Shown here: positions 1 through 9,942 of the stretch, piece after piece
Position numbering within the stretch: position 1 is the first letter of the stretch
How the letters are laid out: each line of letters begins with the position of its first letter
NCBI GenBank assembly: GCA_041913885.1
Contig: JAYSEL010000003.1
Location: 146,602 to 210,601, forward strand
Length of the DNA stretch: 64,000 nucleotides
Direction: 5' to 3'
DNA from: Thermomonas sp.
GTDB taxonomy: Bacteria > Pseudomonadota > Gammaproteobacteria > Xanthomonadales > Xanthomonadaceae
The notes under the pieces: model-generated
The model's database searches: none
The model's input: the letters and a program-made list of their open reading frames with translations, nothing else
Told to the model about the DNA's origin: nothing
Translations under genes and position numbers: made by a program

Positions 1-45
1 CGATAATCGACCCTTCGTCTTCCATCCGCTGCATTCGAGAATCCC

Positions 46-570
46 ATGTCCGATGAAACCCTGAACGGCGCCGTCGCGCCGGCCGCCGACGCCCAGATGG
101 GCCCGACCTTCACCGTCGAGAAGCTGTACGTGAAGGACGTGTCCTTCGAGGCCCCGAACGCGCCGCAGGTGTTCAACGAGCAGGGCCAGCCGGACCTCCA
201 GATGAAGCTGAACCAGAAGGTGCAGCGCCTGGCCGAGAACGCGTTCGAGGTCAGCCTGGGCATCACCCTGACCTGCACCCTGAACGGCAAGACCGCCTAC
301 CTGGCCGAAGTCGAGCAGGCCGGCGTGTTCGGCCTCGGCGGCATGGACGACCAGATACTGGACGCCATGCTGGGCATCCAGTGCCCGAACATCCTGTATC
401 CATACGCGTCGTCCGTTGTGGGCCAGCTGATCACCGCCGGCGGCTTCCCGCCGTTCCCGATGCAGCCGATCAACTTCGACGCGCTATATGCTGAAACGTT
501 GCGTCAGCGCGCCGCGCAGCTGGGCCGGGGCGATTCGCTGGCCGACGCCGAAACCGCCGGCAACGCCTGA
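46..570 (+). CDS. secB: Protein-export chaperone SecB
   Basis: [22 protein letters not shown] and [13 protein letters not shown] motifs; adjacent to gpsA. Confidence 0.97.
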   Translation: MSDETLNGAVAPAADAQMGPTFTVEKLYVKDVSFEAPNAPQVFNEQGQPDLQMKLNQKVQRLAENAFEVSLGITLTCTLNGKTAYLAEVEQAGVFGLGGMDDQILDAMLGIQCPNILYPYASSVVGQLITAGGFPPFPMQPINFDALYAETLRQRAAQLGRGDSLADAETAGNA

Positions 571-580
571 ACGGCGACGC

Positions 581-1609
581 ATGACGGCGTCTGACAAGCC
601 GAAGGTCGCCGTCCTCGGCGCGGGCTCCTGGGGCACCGCGCTGGCCGCGCTGATCGCGCGGCACGGCCACCCCACGGTGCTGTGGGGCCGCGACCCGTCG
701 GTGGCGGCCGCCATCGACGGTCGCCACGAGAATCCGCGCTACCTGCCGGGCATCGCCCTGCCGGCGGGGCTGCGTGCGACCACGTCGCTGCCGGACGCAC
801 TGGCCGATGCCGGCCTGGTGCTGGTGGTGGTGCCGTCGCACGCGTTCGCAGAGACCCTCCGCGCGCTGGCGTCGCTGCGGCCGGCGGGTGCCGGCGTGGC
901 GTGGGCCACGAAGGGCTTCGAGCCGGGCAGCGGCCGCTTCCTCCACGAGGTCGCCGGCGAGGTGCTTGGCGACGGCGTGCCGCTGGCAGTGGTTACCGGC
1001 CCCTCGTTCGCCAAGGAAGTGGCGGAGGGCCTGCCCACCGCGCTGACCGTGCATTCGGACGATGCCGGCTTCTGCCAGCAGGTCGCCGATGCGCTGCACG
1101 GCCCCGCGTTCCGCGCCTACACGGGCAACGACATGCGCGGCGCCGAGCTGGGCGGCGCGATGAAGAACGTGCTGGCGGTCGCCACCGGCGTCGCCGACGG
1201 CATGGCGCTGGGGCTGAACGCCCGCGCCGGCCTGATCACCCGTGGCCTCAACGAGATGCTGCGCCTCAACATCGCGCTGGGTGGCCGGCCGGAGACCCTG
1301 ATGGGCCTCGCCGGGCTGGGCGACCTGGTACTGACCTGCACCGGCGACCTGTCGCGCAACCGCCGGTTGGGCCTGGCGCTGGGTCGCGGCGCGTCGATCG
1401 CCGACGCGGTGCGCGAGATCGGCCAGGTGGTGGAGTCGCTGCAGACCGCCGACGAGGTGATGCGGCTGGCGAACGCGCACGGCATCGAACTGCCGATCGC
1501 CGAGGGCGTCCGCGACGTGCTGCACGGCGCCGTCACGCCGGCGGAAGGCCTGGCGCGGCTGATGGCCCGGGAGCGCAAGGCGGAATACCCGCAGTCGCTG
1601 TTCTGCTGA
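581..1609 (+). CDS. gpsA: NAD(P)H-dependent glycerol-3-phosphate dehydrogenase
   Basis: [42 protein letters not shown]; ATG at 581. Confidence 0.97.
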   Translation: MTASDKPKVAVLGAGSWGTALAALIARHGHPTVLWGRDPSVAAAIDGRHENPRYLPGIALPAGLRATTSLPDALADAGLVLVVVPSHAFAETLRALASLRPAGAGVAWATKGFEPGSGRFLHEVAGEVLGDGVPLAVVTGPSFAKEVAEGLPTALTVHSDDAGFCQQVADALHGPAFRAYTGNDMRGAELGGAMKNVLAVATGVADGMALGLNARAGLITRGLNEMLRLNIALGGRPETLMGLAGLGDLVLTCTGDLSRNRRLGLALGRGASIADAVREIGQVVESLQTADEVMRLANAHGIELPIAEGVRDVLHGAVTPAEGLARLMARERKAEYPQSLFC

Positions 1610-1650
1610 ATCCACGCAGCCGCTGGCTGCGTGGCAGTCCATGGCTACGC

Positions 1651-1683
1651 AAAAGAAAACGCCCGGCTTGCGCCGGGCGTTTC
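1651..1683. terminator. Intrinsic terminator between convergent gpsA and ax21-like gene
   Basis: Stem AAACGCCCGGC (1657-1667) / GCCGGGCGTTT (1672-1682), with an A-run upstream that reads as a U-tract on the minus strand. Confidence 0.85.
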
Positions 1684-1704
1684 CGTTCAGCGGGGGAACG
1701 TCGC

Positions 1705-2262
1705 TTACCAGGTGAAGCGCGGGCCCACGAACCACTGGGTGTCGCCGCCCTTCACGAGGCGGACGTCGGCGTTGATGCCCCAGTTCTGGTTGAACTTCAC
1801 GTTGGTGCCCAGGCGGCCGTAGGCGTCGCCTGCGAAGTCGTTGCCGTCCTGGTAGCCGACCATCGCGTAGCCTTCGATGTTCGGGGTCAGCGCGCTGCGC
1901 AGGCCCGCTTCGACGCTGTAGCCCTCGGCGTTGATGCCGGCGCCGGCGTCCAGCTTCTCGTAGGCCAGGGTGCCGACGAAGTCGGTGCGCTGGGAGATGC
2001 CGCGGTTGTAGCCCGCGCCCACGCGCCACTGGTCGAAGTCGACGCTGGTGTGGTCGATCTTCTGGTTGGCGTAGTCGGCGAACAGGTGGAAGTTCGGGTG
2101 CACGGCGACGGAGCCGCCGAGGCCCCAGCCGTCGGCGTTGCCGCCGTCGGTGTTGGTGGCGACGTAGCCGCCCTTCACCGAGTTGTAGGAGATGCCGTCG
2201 GCCGCGGAGGCGGCGAGGGGCAGGGTGGCAGCCAGGGCAATGGCAATGACGAGACGCTTCAT
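1705..2262 (-). CDS. Ax21-family outer membrane beta-barrel protein
   Basis: Signal peptide, ISYNSVKGGY start, alternating beta-strand pattern, C-terminal GPRFTW; GGAGG RBS before ATG 2262. Confidence 0.88.
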   Translation of the reverse strand: MKRLVIAIALAATLPLAASAADGISYNSVKGGYVATNTDGGNADGWGLGGSVAVHPNFHLFADYANQKIDHTSVDFDQWRVGAGYNRGISQRTDFVGTLAYEKLDAGAGINAEGYSVEAGLRSALTPNIEGYAMVGYQDGNDFAGDAYGRLGTNVKFNQNWGINADVRLVKGGDTQWFVGPRFTW

Positions 2263-2406
2263 GAGGTGGACCTCCATGTTGTTGTTGTCCGCCCCGCTCG
2301 ATCGGCGGGACGTGGGCGCATTCTTTGCGTCCGGTCACAACATGGACTGAATCCGTCCCGGCGCGGTACAGGCATCGTTCGGGAACGATGGCGTAAACGC
2401 GCGCGG

Positions 2407-2886
2407 TCAAGCGCCGCCGGCGAAGCCCGCCTGCCGCCAGGCTTCGAACACCATCACCGCCACCGCGTTCGACAGGTTGAGGCTGCGGTTGTCGGGGCGC
2501 ATCGGCAGGCGCAGGCGCTGCGCCTCGGGGATCGCGTCCAGCACGTCGCCGGGCAGGCCGGCGGTTTCGCTGCCGAACAGGAACACGTCGTCCTCACGGT
2601 AGGCGGGCGTGTCATAGCGCACGCGTCCGCGCGTGGACAGCGCGAACACCCGCGGCGGCGCGCCGGTGTCGGCGGCGATCGCGGCCAGCGCGGCGTCCAG
2701 GTCGTCGTGCACGCGCATCCGCGCGTACTCGTGGTAATCCAGTCCGGCGCGCTTCAGCTGCCGGTCGTCGAGGTCGAAGCCCAGCGGGCGCACCAGGTGC
2801 AGCCGGGCGCCGGTGTTGGCGCACAGGCGGATGACGTTGCCGGTGTTCGGGGGTATTTCCGGGCGATGCAGGATGACGTGCGGCAT
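2407..2886 (-). CDS. trmL: tRNA (cytidine(34)-2'-O)-methyltransferase (SPOUT)
   Basis: PEIPPNTGN, RAGLDY, FGSETAGLP, RSLNLSNAV. Confidence 0.95.
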   Translation of the reverse strand: MPHVILHRPEIPPNTGNVIRLCANTGARLHLVRPLGFDLDDRQLKRAGLDYHEYARMRVHDDLDAALAAIAADTGAPPRVFALSTRGRVRYDTPAYREDDVFLFGSETAGLPGDVLDAIPEAQRLRLPMRPDNRSLNLSNAVAVMVFEAWRQAGFAGGA

Positions 2887-2920
2887 GCCGCCATTCTAGG
2901 CGGCCGGCCGCGGCGCCCGG

Positions 2921-3640
2921 TCACCAGGGCAGCGTGCGGCCTTGCCAGTCGAGGAAGCGCCCGGACTGCGCCGGGGTGGTGGCGTCGAACAGGCGCAGCA
3001 GGCCGGCCACCACCGCGTCCACCGGATCGGGTGCCTGCGGGCCCCCCATGTCGGTCTGTGCCCAGCCCGGATGCACGGCCAGCACCGCGATGCCCCGCGG
3101 CGCGAGCGCCTGGGCCAGCTGCGCGGTGGCCATGTTCTGTGCGGCCTTGCCCATCGCGTAGCCGGGCGTGCCGAAGCGGGTGACGTTGGCGATCGAGCCG
3201 AGCTGCGAGCTGAGGTTGGCGACGACGGGCGTGTGCTGTCCGTCGCCGTCGCGCAGCAGCGGCGCCAGCGCCTGCGCCAGCAACAGCGGGCCCACGGCAT
3301 TGGTGCGCAGGCTGTCTTCCAGCAGGTCCTGCTGCAGGTGGCCGAAGCGCTCTCCGCTGTGCAGCACGCCCGCGTTGTTCACCAGCAGGTCGAAGCGACC
3401 GTCATCGCCCAGCACCAGCGGAAGTTCTCGGGCCAGTTCGGCGCGCGATTTCTCGCTGGCCACGTCCAGCGGCAGCACGTGCAGGCGGCCGGGGTATGCG
3501 CCGCCCAGCCCATTCAGCGCGGTGGCCTTGCCGGGGTGGCGGCAGGTCGCCACGACGTGGTCGCCGCGGGCCAGCAGCTGGCGGACGAATTCGAGGCCGA
3601 GGCCGCGGTTGGCGCCGGTGACGAGGGCGGTGCGGGCCAT
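2921..3640 (-). CDS. SDR oxidoreductase, CsgA/C-factor-like
   Basis: TGANRGLG, NNAG, SSQLGSI, YAMGK, HPGWAQTDMGG. Confidence 0.9.
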   Translation of the reverse strand: MARTALVTGANRGLGLEFVRQLLARGDHVVATCRHPGKATALNGLGGAYPGRLHVLPLDVASEKSRAELARELPLVLGDDGRFDLLVNNAGVLHSGERFGHLQQDLLEDSLRTNAVGPLLLAQALAPLLRDGDGQHTPVVANLSSQLGSIANVTRFGTPGYAMGKAAQNMATAQLAQALAPRGIAVLAVHPGWAQTDMGGPQAPDPVDAVVAGLLRLFDATTPAQSGRFLDWQGRTLPW

Positions 3641-3732
3641 GCGATGCGCTCCGGGTGGCTTCCGGCCTAGTGTATCGGCCCCGGGGCGCGGCTATGATCG
3701 AACGTTCGCTGTCCCGTCTCGAGGAGTTGCCG

Positions 3733-6576
3733 ATGTCCGTGTTCCGTCCCGCCGCGCTTGCGCTTGCGCTGGCCACCGCCCTCTCCGCCGGTGCCTACAT
3801 GCCGTCGGCCGTCGCCGCCAATGCCCCGGCCGTCGACATCCCGTACGAGACCTTCACCCTGCCGAACGGCCTGCGCGTGGTGGTGCACACCGACCGCAAG
3901 GCGCCGGTGGTGGCGGTGAACATCTGGTACCACGTGGGCAGCAAGGACGAACCGGCCGGCCGCACCGGCTTCGCGCACCTGTTCGAGCATCTGATGTTCA
4001 ACGGCAGCGAGAACGCGCCGGGCGAGTTCTTCACCCCGTTCAAGGCCATCGGTGCCACCAACCAGAACGGCACCACCAACTCCGACCGCACGAACTACTT
4101 CGAGAACGTGCCCACCACCGCGCTCGACACCGCGCTGTGGATGGAGTCCGACCGCATGGGCCACCTGCTCGGCGCGATCGACCAGAAGACCCTGGACGAG
4201 CAGCGCGGCGTGGTCCAGAACGAGAAGCGCCAGGGCGAGAACCAGCCCTACGGCCAGGTGTGGGACGAGCTCGGCAAGATCATGTATCCGAAGGGCCACC
4301 CGTACCACCACAGCACCATCGGCTCGATGAACGACCTCAATGCGGCGTCGCTGGAGGACGTGAAGACCTGGTTCCGCACCTGGTACGGGCCGAACAACGC
4401 CGTGCTCGTGCTGGCGGGCGACATCGACCTCGCCACCGCCAAGGAGAAGGTGGCGAAGTACTTCGGCGACATCCCGGCCGGCCCGAGCATGGCGCAGCCG
4501 AAGGTGGACGTGGCGGCGCGCACCGCCGACTCGCGCTCCGAGATGACCGACCAGGTGCCGCAGTCGCGCATCTACCGCGTCTGGAACGTGGCCGAGTACG
4601 GCCAGCCCGACCTCGACCGCCTGCAGCTGCTCGGCCAGATCCTGGGCGGCGGCAAGTCGTCGCGCCTGGATCGCCGCCTGGTGCACCAGGACAAGCTGGT
4701 GGACAACGTCAGCGCCGGCGCCTACGGCTCGCAGCTGGGCAGCACCTTCATGATCACCGCCGCGGTGAAGCAGGGCGTGGACGTCGCCAAGGTGGAGGCC
4801 GCCATCGACGAGGAGCTGAAGAAGCTGCTGGCCGAGGGCCCCACCGCGGACGAAGTGGAGCGCAACCGAACCGCCATCCAGGCCGGTTGGATCCGCGGCG
4901 TGGAGCGCATCGGCGGCTTCGGCGGCAAGGCCGACGCGTTGGCCGAATGCGCCGTGTTCATGGGCGATCCGGGCTGCTTCCGCGCCAGCTTGAAGACCTT
5001 GGCCGAGGCCACCCCGGCGTCGCTGCGCACGGCCGGCAACACCTGGCTGGGCGCGGGCAAGGGCAGCCACACCCTGGTCGTGAATCCGGGCAAGCGCGTC
5101 GCCATCGCGGAAGAGCCGGCGGAGACGCCCACCCCGTTCAAGACCCCGAAGGTCGACCCCAAGTTCAAGACGCTCGCGAGCACGGTGGACCGCAAGGCGG
5201 GCGTGCCGATGCCGTCCAGCTTCCCCGACCTGAAGTTCCCGCAGCAGCAGCACGCCACCCTGAGCAACGGCACCAAGGTCGTGTTGGCCGAGCGCCACGA
5301 CATCCCGGTGGTGCAGATGAGCTACGAGTTCCGCGGCGGCTACGCGGCCGACCCGGTCGCCAAGTCCGGCGTGGCCAGCTTCACCATGGGCCTGCTGGAT
5401 GAGGGAGCTGGCGACCTCAATGCGCTGGCCTTCGCCGATCGCGCCCAGTCGCTGGGCGCCAACATCGGCGCCAGCGCCGGCCTGGACAGCAGCAGCGTCT
5501 ATCTGTCGGCGCTGAAGCAGAACCTGGAGCCCTCGATCACCCTGTTCGCGGACATGCTGCGCAAGCCGCGCTTCGAGCAGGCCGACATCGAGCGCGTGCG
5601 CGGGCAGTGGATCGCCGGCATCAAGCAGGAAAAGGCCAACCCGAACGGCATCGTCCAGCGCGTGGTGCCGGGCCTGGTGTTCGGCGCCGGCCATCCGTAT
5701 GCCGCACCGCGCACCGGCAGCGGCACCGAGGCTGCCATCGCCAGCCTGACCCGCGCCGACCTGCAGGCCTACCACGCCAACGCCCTGCGCCCGCAGGACG
5801 CCACCCTGGTGGTGGTGGGCGACACCACGCTGGCCGAGATTGTGCCGGTGCTGGAGAAGCACTTCGGCGACTGGAAGGCACCGGGCAAGGCCGGCGGCAC
5901 CGCCGCCATCGCCCCGGCGCCGGCGGCCCGCAAGCCGCGCGTGTTCCTGGTCGACCAGCCGGGCGCGGTGCAGGCCAACATCGTCGCCGCGCAGACGCTT
6001 CCGTCCAGCGCGGACCCGATGTCGGTGCAGTACGACATGGCCAACATGGTGATCGGCGGTGATTTCACGGCCCGCCTCAACATGAACCTCCGCGAGGACA
6101 AGCACTGGTCCTACGGCGCCCGCAGCGGCGCCGGCAATGCGGTCGGCCCGCGCCTGTGGACGGCGTCGGCGCCGGTGCAGATCGACAAGACCGGCGAGGC
6201 GATGGCGGAGATGCACCGCGAGATCGCCGACTTCGCGGCCGGCAAGGCGCCTGCGACTGCCGAGGAGGTCGAAGGCATGGAGAAGGTGCTGACCCTGACC
6301 CTGCCGGGTGCTTACGAGACCGCCGCGTCAGTGATGAGCACCATCGCCAGCAACGTCCTCTACAACCGCCCGGACGACTATGTGTTCAAGCGCAAGGCGG
6401 CGATCGAGGCGATGACCCCGGCACAGGTGAACGCCGCGGCCAAGGCATTGGACCCGAACGGCCTGACCTGGGTGGTGGTGGGCGACCTGTCCAAGACCGA
6501 GGCCCCGGTGCGCGCGCTGAACCTGGGCGAGGTCACCGTGCTCGATGCCGACGGCAAGCCGGTGTCGAAGAAGTAA
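3733..6576 (+). CDS. Secreted M16 (pitrilysin-family) zinc metallopeptidase
   Basis: Signal peptide, HLFEH inverted zinc motif, NGTT..DRTNY, second M16 half with RLNMNLREDKHWSYG; GAGGAG RBS. Confidence 0.93.
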   Translation: MSVFRPAALALALATALSAGAYMPSAVAANAPAVDIPYETFTLPNGLRVVVHTDRKAPVVAVNIWYHVGSKDEPAGRTGFAHLFEHLMFNGSENAPGEFFTPFKAIGATNQNGTTNSDRTNYFENVPTTALDTALWMESDRMGHLLGAIDQKTLDEQRGVVQNEKRQGENQPYGQVWDELGKIMYPKGHPYHHSTIGSMNDLNAASLEDVKTWFRTWYGPNNAVLVLAGDIDLATAKEKVAKYFGDIPAGPSMAQPKVDVAARTADSRSEMTDQVPQSRIYRVWNVAEYGQPDLDRLQLLGQILGGGKSSRLDRRLVHQDKLVDNVSAGAYGSQLGSTFMITAAVKQGVDVAKVEAAIDEELKKLLAEGPTADEVERNRTAIQAGWIRGVERIGGFGGKADALAECAVFMGDPGCFRASLKTLAEATPASLRTAGNTWLGAGKGSHTLVVNPGKRVAIAEEPAETPTPFKTPKVDPKFKTLASTVDRKAGVPMPSSFPDLKFPQQQHATLSNGTKVVLAERHDIPVVQMSYEFRGGYAADPVAKSGVASFTMGLLDEGAGDLNALAFADRAQSLGANIGASAGLDSSSVYLSALKQNLEPSITLFADMLRKPRFEQADIERVRGQWIAGIKQEKANPNGIVQRVVPGLVFGAGHPYAAPRTGSGTEAAIASLTRADLQAYHANALRPQDATLVVVGDTTLAEIVPVLEKHFGDWKAPGKAGGTAAIAPAPAARKPRVFLVDQPGAVQANIVAAQTLPSSADPMSVQYDMANMVIGGDFTARLNMNLREDKHWSYGARSGAGNAVGPRLWTASAPVQIDKTGEAMAEMHREIADFAAGKAPATAEEVEGMEKVLTLTLPGAYETAASVMSTIASNVLYNRPDDYVFKRKAAIEAMTPAQVNAAAKALDPNGLTWVVVGDLSKTEAPVRALNLGEVTVLDADGKPVSKK

Positions 6577-6693
6577 GCCCGGCCGGTCGCCGCGTCCAAC
6601 GCGCCAGCGGGCGCGGCGACCCCACCGCTTTTGCACGATTCAGACGCACCGGGCCACAATCCGGTGCGTCTTCGTTTCCAAGGAACCCCGCGC

Positions 6694-7008
6694 ATGCCCC
6701 AGCCGACCCGCGTCGCCCTCGTCCTGCTGGTGCTGGCCCTGCCGGCCTGCACGTTCGTGAAGATGGCGCCGGGCGCGAAGCAGGTGCAGGTGCTGGCCGC
6801 CGCGCCCACGGGCTGCCAGGCGCGCGGCGAGGTGGAGGTCTCGGTCACCCACAAGGTGGGCTTCTACGAGCGCGACGACATGCGCGTGCGCGACGAGCTG
6901 GAGCTGCTGGCCCGCAACGAGGCCCCCGGCCTGTCCGCCAACCGGATCAGCCCGCTGGGCCCGCCGCGCGACGGCAGCCAGCGCTGGGCGTTGTGGCGCT
7001 GCAACTGA
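6694..7008 (+). CDS. Small lipoprotein (DUF4156-like)
   Basis: Lipobox LPAC; ARNEA motif; C-terminal WRC. Confidence 0.7.
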   Translation: MPQPTRVALVLLVLALPACTFVKMAPGAKQVQVLAAAPTGCQARGEVEVSVTHKVGFYERDDMRVRDELELLARNEAPGLSANRISPLGPPRDGSQRWALWRCN

Positions 7009-7132
7009 ATGCGCGAGCGGCCCGGGGCGTGATTCCCGGCCCAGTTTCGACAATACGCAACCGCATGGTGCCGGGAGGCGCTATCCTATGCGGTTCCGGC
7101 GCCGTTTCGGCGCCCGTGCGAGTGCCACCCCC

Positions 7133-8149
7133 ATGCTGTTCCAACATGTCGCCATCGCCGGTCTGGCCCACATCGACGCCCCGCGTCGCCTGTCGTCCGA
7201 AGAAATCAATGCCCGCCTGAAGCCCACGCTGGATCGGTTGGGCATCAAGATCGACGTGCTCGGCGACATCGCCGGGATCCACGCGCGCCGCCTGTGGGAC
7301 GGCGACGTGCAGGCCTCCGACGCCGCCACCCTGGCGGGCGTCAAGGCGCTGGCCGACGCCGGCGTCGAGCCCGAGCGCGTCGGCCTGCTGGTCAACACTT
7401 CGGTCAGCCGCGACTACCTGGAGCCGTCCACCGCCTCCATCGTCAGCGGCAACCTGGGCCTGCCCGACACCTGCCAGAACTTCGACGTCGCCAACGCGTG
7501 CCTCGCCTTCATCAACGGCATGGACATCGCCAGCCGCATGATCGAGCGCGGCGAGATCGAGTACGCGCTGGTGGTGGACGGCGAGACCGCGAACCTCGCC
7601 TACGAGAAGACCATCGAGCGCCTGAGCCGCGAGGACATCACCGAGGCGGACTTCCGCAACGAACTGGCCACGCTCACGCTCGGTTCCGGCGCCGCCGCGA
7701 TGGTGCTGGCCCGTGCCGAGCTGGCGCCGGGCGCACCGCGCTACAAGGGCGGCGTCACCCGCGCCGCGACCGAGTGGAACAAGCTCTGCCGCGGCAACCT
7801 CGACGGCATGATCACCGACACCCGCATGCTGCTGATCGAGGGCATCAAGCTCGCCACCAAGACCTTCGAGGTCGCCAAGCAGAAGCTGGGCTGGGTGGCC
7901 GGCGAGCTGGACGAATTCGTCATCCACCAGGTCAGCAAGGTGCACACCGCCGCCTTCACCAAGGCCATGGGCATCGATCCGAAGAAGGTCATGACCATCT
8001 TCGCCGAGCACGGCAACATCGGTCCGGCCAGCGTGCCGATCGTGCTGTCCAAGCTGCGCGAGATGGGCCGCCTGAAGAAGGGCAGCCGCGTCGCCCTGCT
8101 GGGAATTGGATCGGGCCTGAACTGCTCGATGGCGGAAGTGGAATGGTGA
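7133..8149 (+). CDS. oleA: Olefin biosynthesis thiolase-fold condensing enzyme OleA
   Basis: MLFQHVAIAGLAHIDAP start, EPSTAS, NACLAF (catalytic Cys), HQVS, GNIGPAS, GIGSGLNC; closely resembles Xanthomonas OleA. Confidence 0.95.
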   Translation: MLFQHVAIAGLAHIDAPRRLSSEEINARLKPTLDRLGIKIDVLGDIAGIHARRLWDGDVQASDAATLAGVKALADAGVEPERVGLLVNTSVSRDYLEPSTASIVSGNLGLPDTCQNFDVANACLAFINGMDIASRMIERGEIEYALVVDGETANLAYEKTIERLSREDITEADFRNELATLTLGSGAAAMVLARAELAPGAPRYKGGVTRAATEWNKLCRGNLDGMITDTRMLLIEGIKLATKTFEVAKQKLGWVAGELDEFVIHQVSKVHTAAFTKAMGIDPKKVMTIFAEHGNIGPASVPIVLSKLREMGRLKKGSRVALLGIGSGLNCSMAEVEW

Positions 8150-8154
8150 GCTGA

Positions 8155-8183
8155 CGGCCGCCCGGCCCTGCGGCCGGGTGGCC
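8155..8183. other. GC-rich hairpin after oleA
   Basis: GGCCGCCCGGCC-CTGC-GGCCGGGTGGCC; no clear U-tract. Confidence 0.4.
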
Positions 8184-8202
8184 ATCGATGGGAGACCGCC
8201 GG

Positions 8203-8865
8203 ATGGCGTCCGACCCTGGGCTGGATGCGCCGCGCTGTCCGCTCTGCGACGTCGCCACCCATCTATTCTGTGAGGACCGCGCGCGGCGGTACTTCGACTG
8301 TCCGGGCTGCGCGCTGGCCTCGGCCGATCCGGCCTCGCACCTGTCCGCGGTCGATGAGCGCGCGATCTACGACCTGCACCGCAACGATCCCGCCGACGCG
8401 GGCTACCGCGCGTTCCTGGCGCGACTGGCGGCGCCGCTGCGGGCCAAGCTGGCGCCGGGCATGCGCGGGCTGGACTTCGGCTGCGGGCCGGGACCGGTGC
8501 TGGCGCTGATGCTGCGCGAAGCGGGCATGGCCATGGCCGCCTACGACCCGTTCTACGCACCGGACGCGACGCTGCTGGAGTCGCAGTACGACTTCGTGAC
8601 CTGCACCGAAGTGGTGGAGCATTTCCGCGATCCGCTGGCCGGCTGGACGCAGCTGGCCGCGCTGGTGCGTCCCGGCGGCTGGCTGGGGGTGATGACCCAG
8701 CTGGCGCCGGCGCTGCCGGCGAACTTCCTGCGCTGGCGCTACCGCGACGACCGCACCCACGTCAGTTTCCACCGCCTGGCCACGTTGCAGTGGCTGGCGG
8801 CCCGCTTCGGGTTCGCGCTGGAGCAGGTGGAAAGCCAGGCCTTCCTGCTGCGCAGGCAGGGCTGA
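8203..8865 (+). CDS. Class I SAM-dependent methyltransferase with N-terminal CxxC..CxxC
   Basis: CPLC/CPGC, LDFGCGPG, YDPFY, EVVEH, DRTHV; alternative start 8188. Confidence 0.85.
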   Translation: MASDPGLDAPRCPLCDVATHLFCEDRARRYFDCPGCALASADPASHLSAVDERAIYDLHRNDPADAGYRAFLARLAAPLRAKLAPGMRGLDFGCGPGPVLALMLREAGMAMAAYDPFYAPDATLLESQYDFVTCTEVVEHFRDPLAGWTQLAALVRPGGWLGVMTQLAPALPANFLRWRYRDDRTHVSFHRLATLQWLAARFGFALEQVESQAFLLRRQG

Positions 8866-8892
8866 GGGCGGCGCACCGCCTACAATGGGCGG

Positions 8893-9795
8893 ATGCGCTT
8901 TCCCGACTATCCCTTTACCCCGCACCGCTTCGATGTCCGCCCCGGTATCGCGATGTCCTTCCTCGACGAAGGGCCGCGCGACGGCGAGGTGGTGGTGATG
9001 CTGCACGGCAATCCGTCGTGGAGCTATTACTGGCGCCACCTGGTGCTGGGCCTGCGCGACAGGTACCGCTGCATCGTGCCGGACCACGTCGGCATGGGCC
9101 TGAGCGACCGCCCGGACGACGGCGTGTCCGCGCAGCCCCGCTACGACTACACCCTGCAATCGCGCATCGACGACGTGGACGCGCTGTTGAAGCACCTCGG
9201 CATCGACGGCCCGGTGACGCTGGCGGTGCACGACTGGGGCGGGATGATCGGGTTCGGCTGGGCGCTGCGCGATCCCGCGCGGATCAAGCGCCTGGTCATC
9301 ACCAACACCGCCGCGTTCCCGCTACCGCCGGCCAAGCGCTTCCCGGCGCGGCTGGCACTGGGGCGCGACTCGCGCCTGGGCGGCTGGCTGATCCGCCGCT
9401 TCAACCTGTTCGCGCGCGGCGCGGCGTGGTTCGGCACGAAGCGTTCACTGCCGAAGGACGTGCGCGCGGCCTATGCCGGCGTGTACGACGGCTGGGAGCA
9501 GGCGATCTCCACCTTGCGCTTCATGCAGGACATCCCGCTGCACGACGGCGACCGCGCGATGCCGCTGGTGCAGGCCAGCGCGCGGGCGCTGCCGGGCTAT
9601 GCGGACCGCCCGGCGTTCCTCGGCTGGGGCCTGCGCGATTTCGTGTTCGACAGGCACTTCCTGGATGGCTTCCGCAAGGCGCTGCCGCGGGCGGAGGTGC
9701 ATGCCTACGCGGATGCCGGCCATTACGTGCTGGAAGACAAGCACGAGGCGCTGGTGCCGCTGATCCGGGCGTTCCTGGATCGCAATCCGCTGTAG
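8893..9795 (+). CDS. oleB: Beta-lactone decarboxylase OleB (haloalkane dehalogenase-like alpha/beta hydrolase)
   Basis: HGNPSWS, HDWGG (Asp nucleophile), GHYVLED; ole cluster context. Confidence 0.9.
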   Translation: MRFPDYPFTPHRFDVRPGIAMSFLDEGPRDGEVVVMLHGNPSWSYYWRHLVLGLRDRYRCIVPDHVGMGLSDRPDDGVSAQPRYDYTLQSRIDDVDALLKHLGIDGPVTLAVHDWGGMIGFGWALRDPARIKRLVITNTAAFPLPPAKRFPARLALGRDSRLGGWLIRRFNLFARGAAWFGTKRSLPKDVRAAYAGVYDGWEQAISTLRFMQDIPLHDGDRAMPLVQASARALPGYADRPAFLGWGLRDFVFDRHFLDGFRKALPRAEVHAYADAGHYVLEDKHEALVPLIRAFLDRNPL

Positions 9796-9837
9796 TTCAT
9801 CGCGGGTTTCATCGAACGCTGGACGTGGTGCGAGTGC

Positions 9838-9910
9838 TGGCCGGGCAACACCGGCCCCGCAAGCCGCTCCCCGATACTCGCTTGGTTGCGAGGCCGGCGC
9901 TGCCCGGCCA
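9838..9910. repeat. Imperfect 25-bp inverted repeat pair (REP/REPIN-like)
   Basis: 9838-9862 matches the reverse complement of 9886-9910 at 22/25; each arm is internally palindromic. Confidence 0.6.
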
Positions 9911-9942
9911 ACCTCCAGCCTGTGTCGCTTCGCTGGATTGCG

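Noticed and set aside
1705-2262. Ax21 as a secreted signalling peptide
   Set aside because: Sequence is an ordinary outer membrane beta-barrel; nothing here supports a signalling role
470-3183. Long ORFs 470-2410 (-) and 682-3183 (+)
   Set aside because: Arg/Gly/Pro-rich shadow frames overlapping clearly identified genes; expected at ~70% GC
6585-6632. Possible terminator after the M16 peptidase
   Set aside because: A stem is present but the loop is long and the T-run is offset; too weak to call
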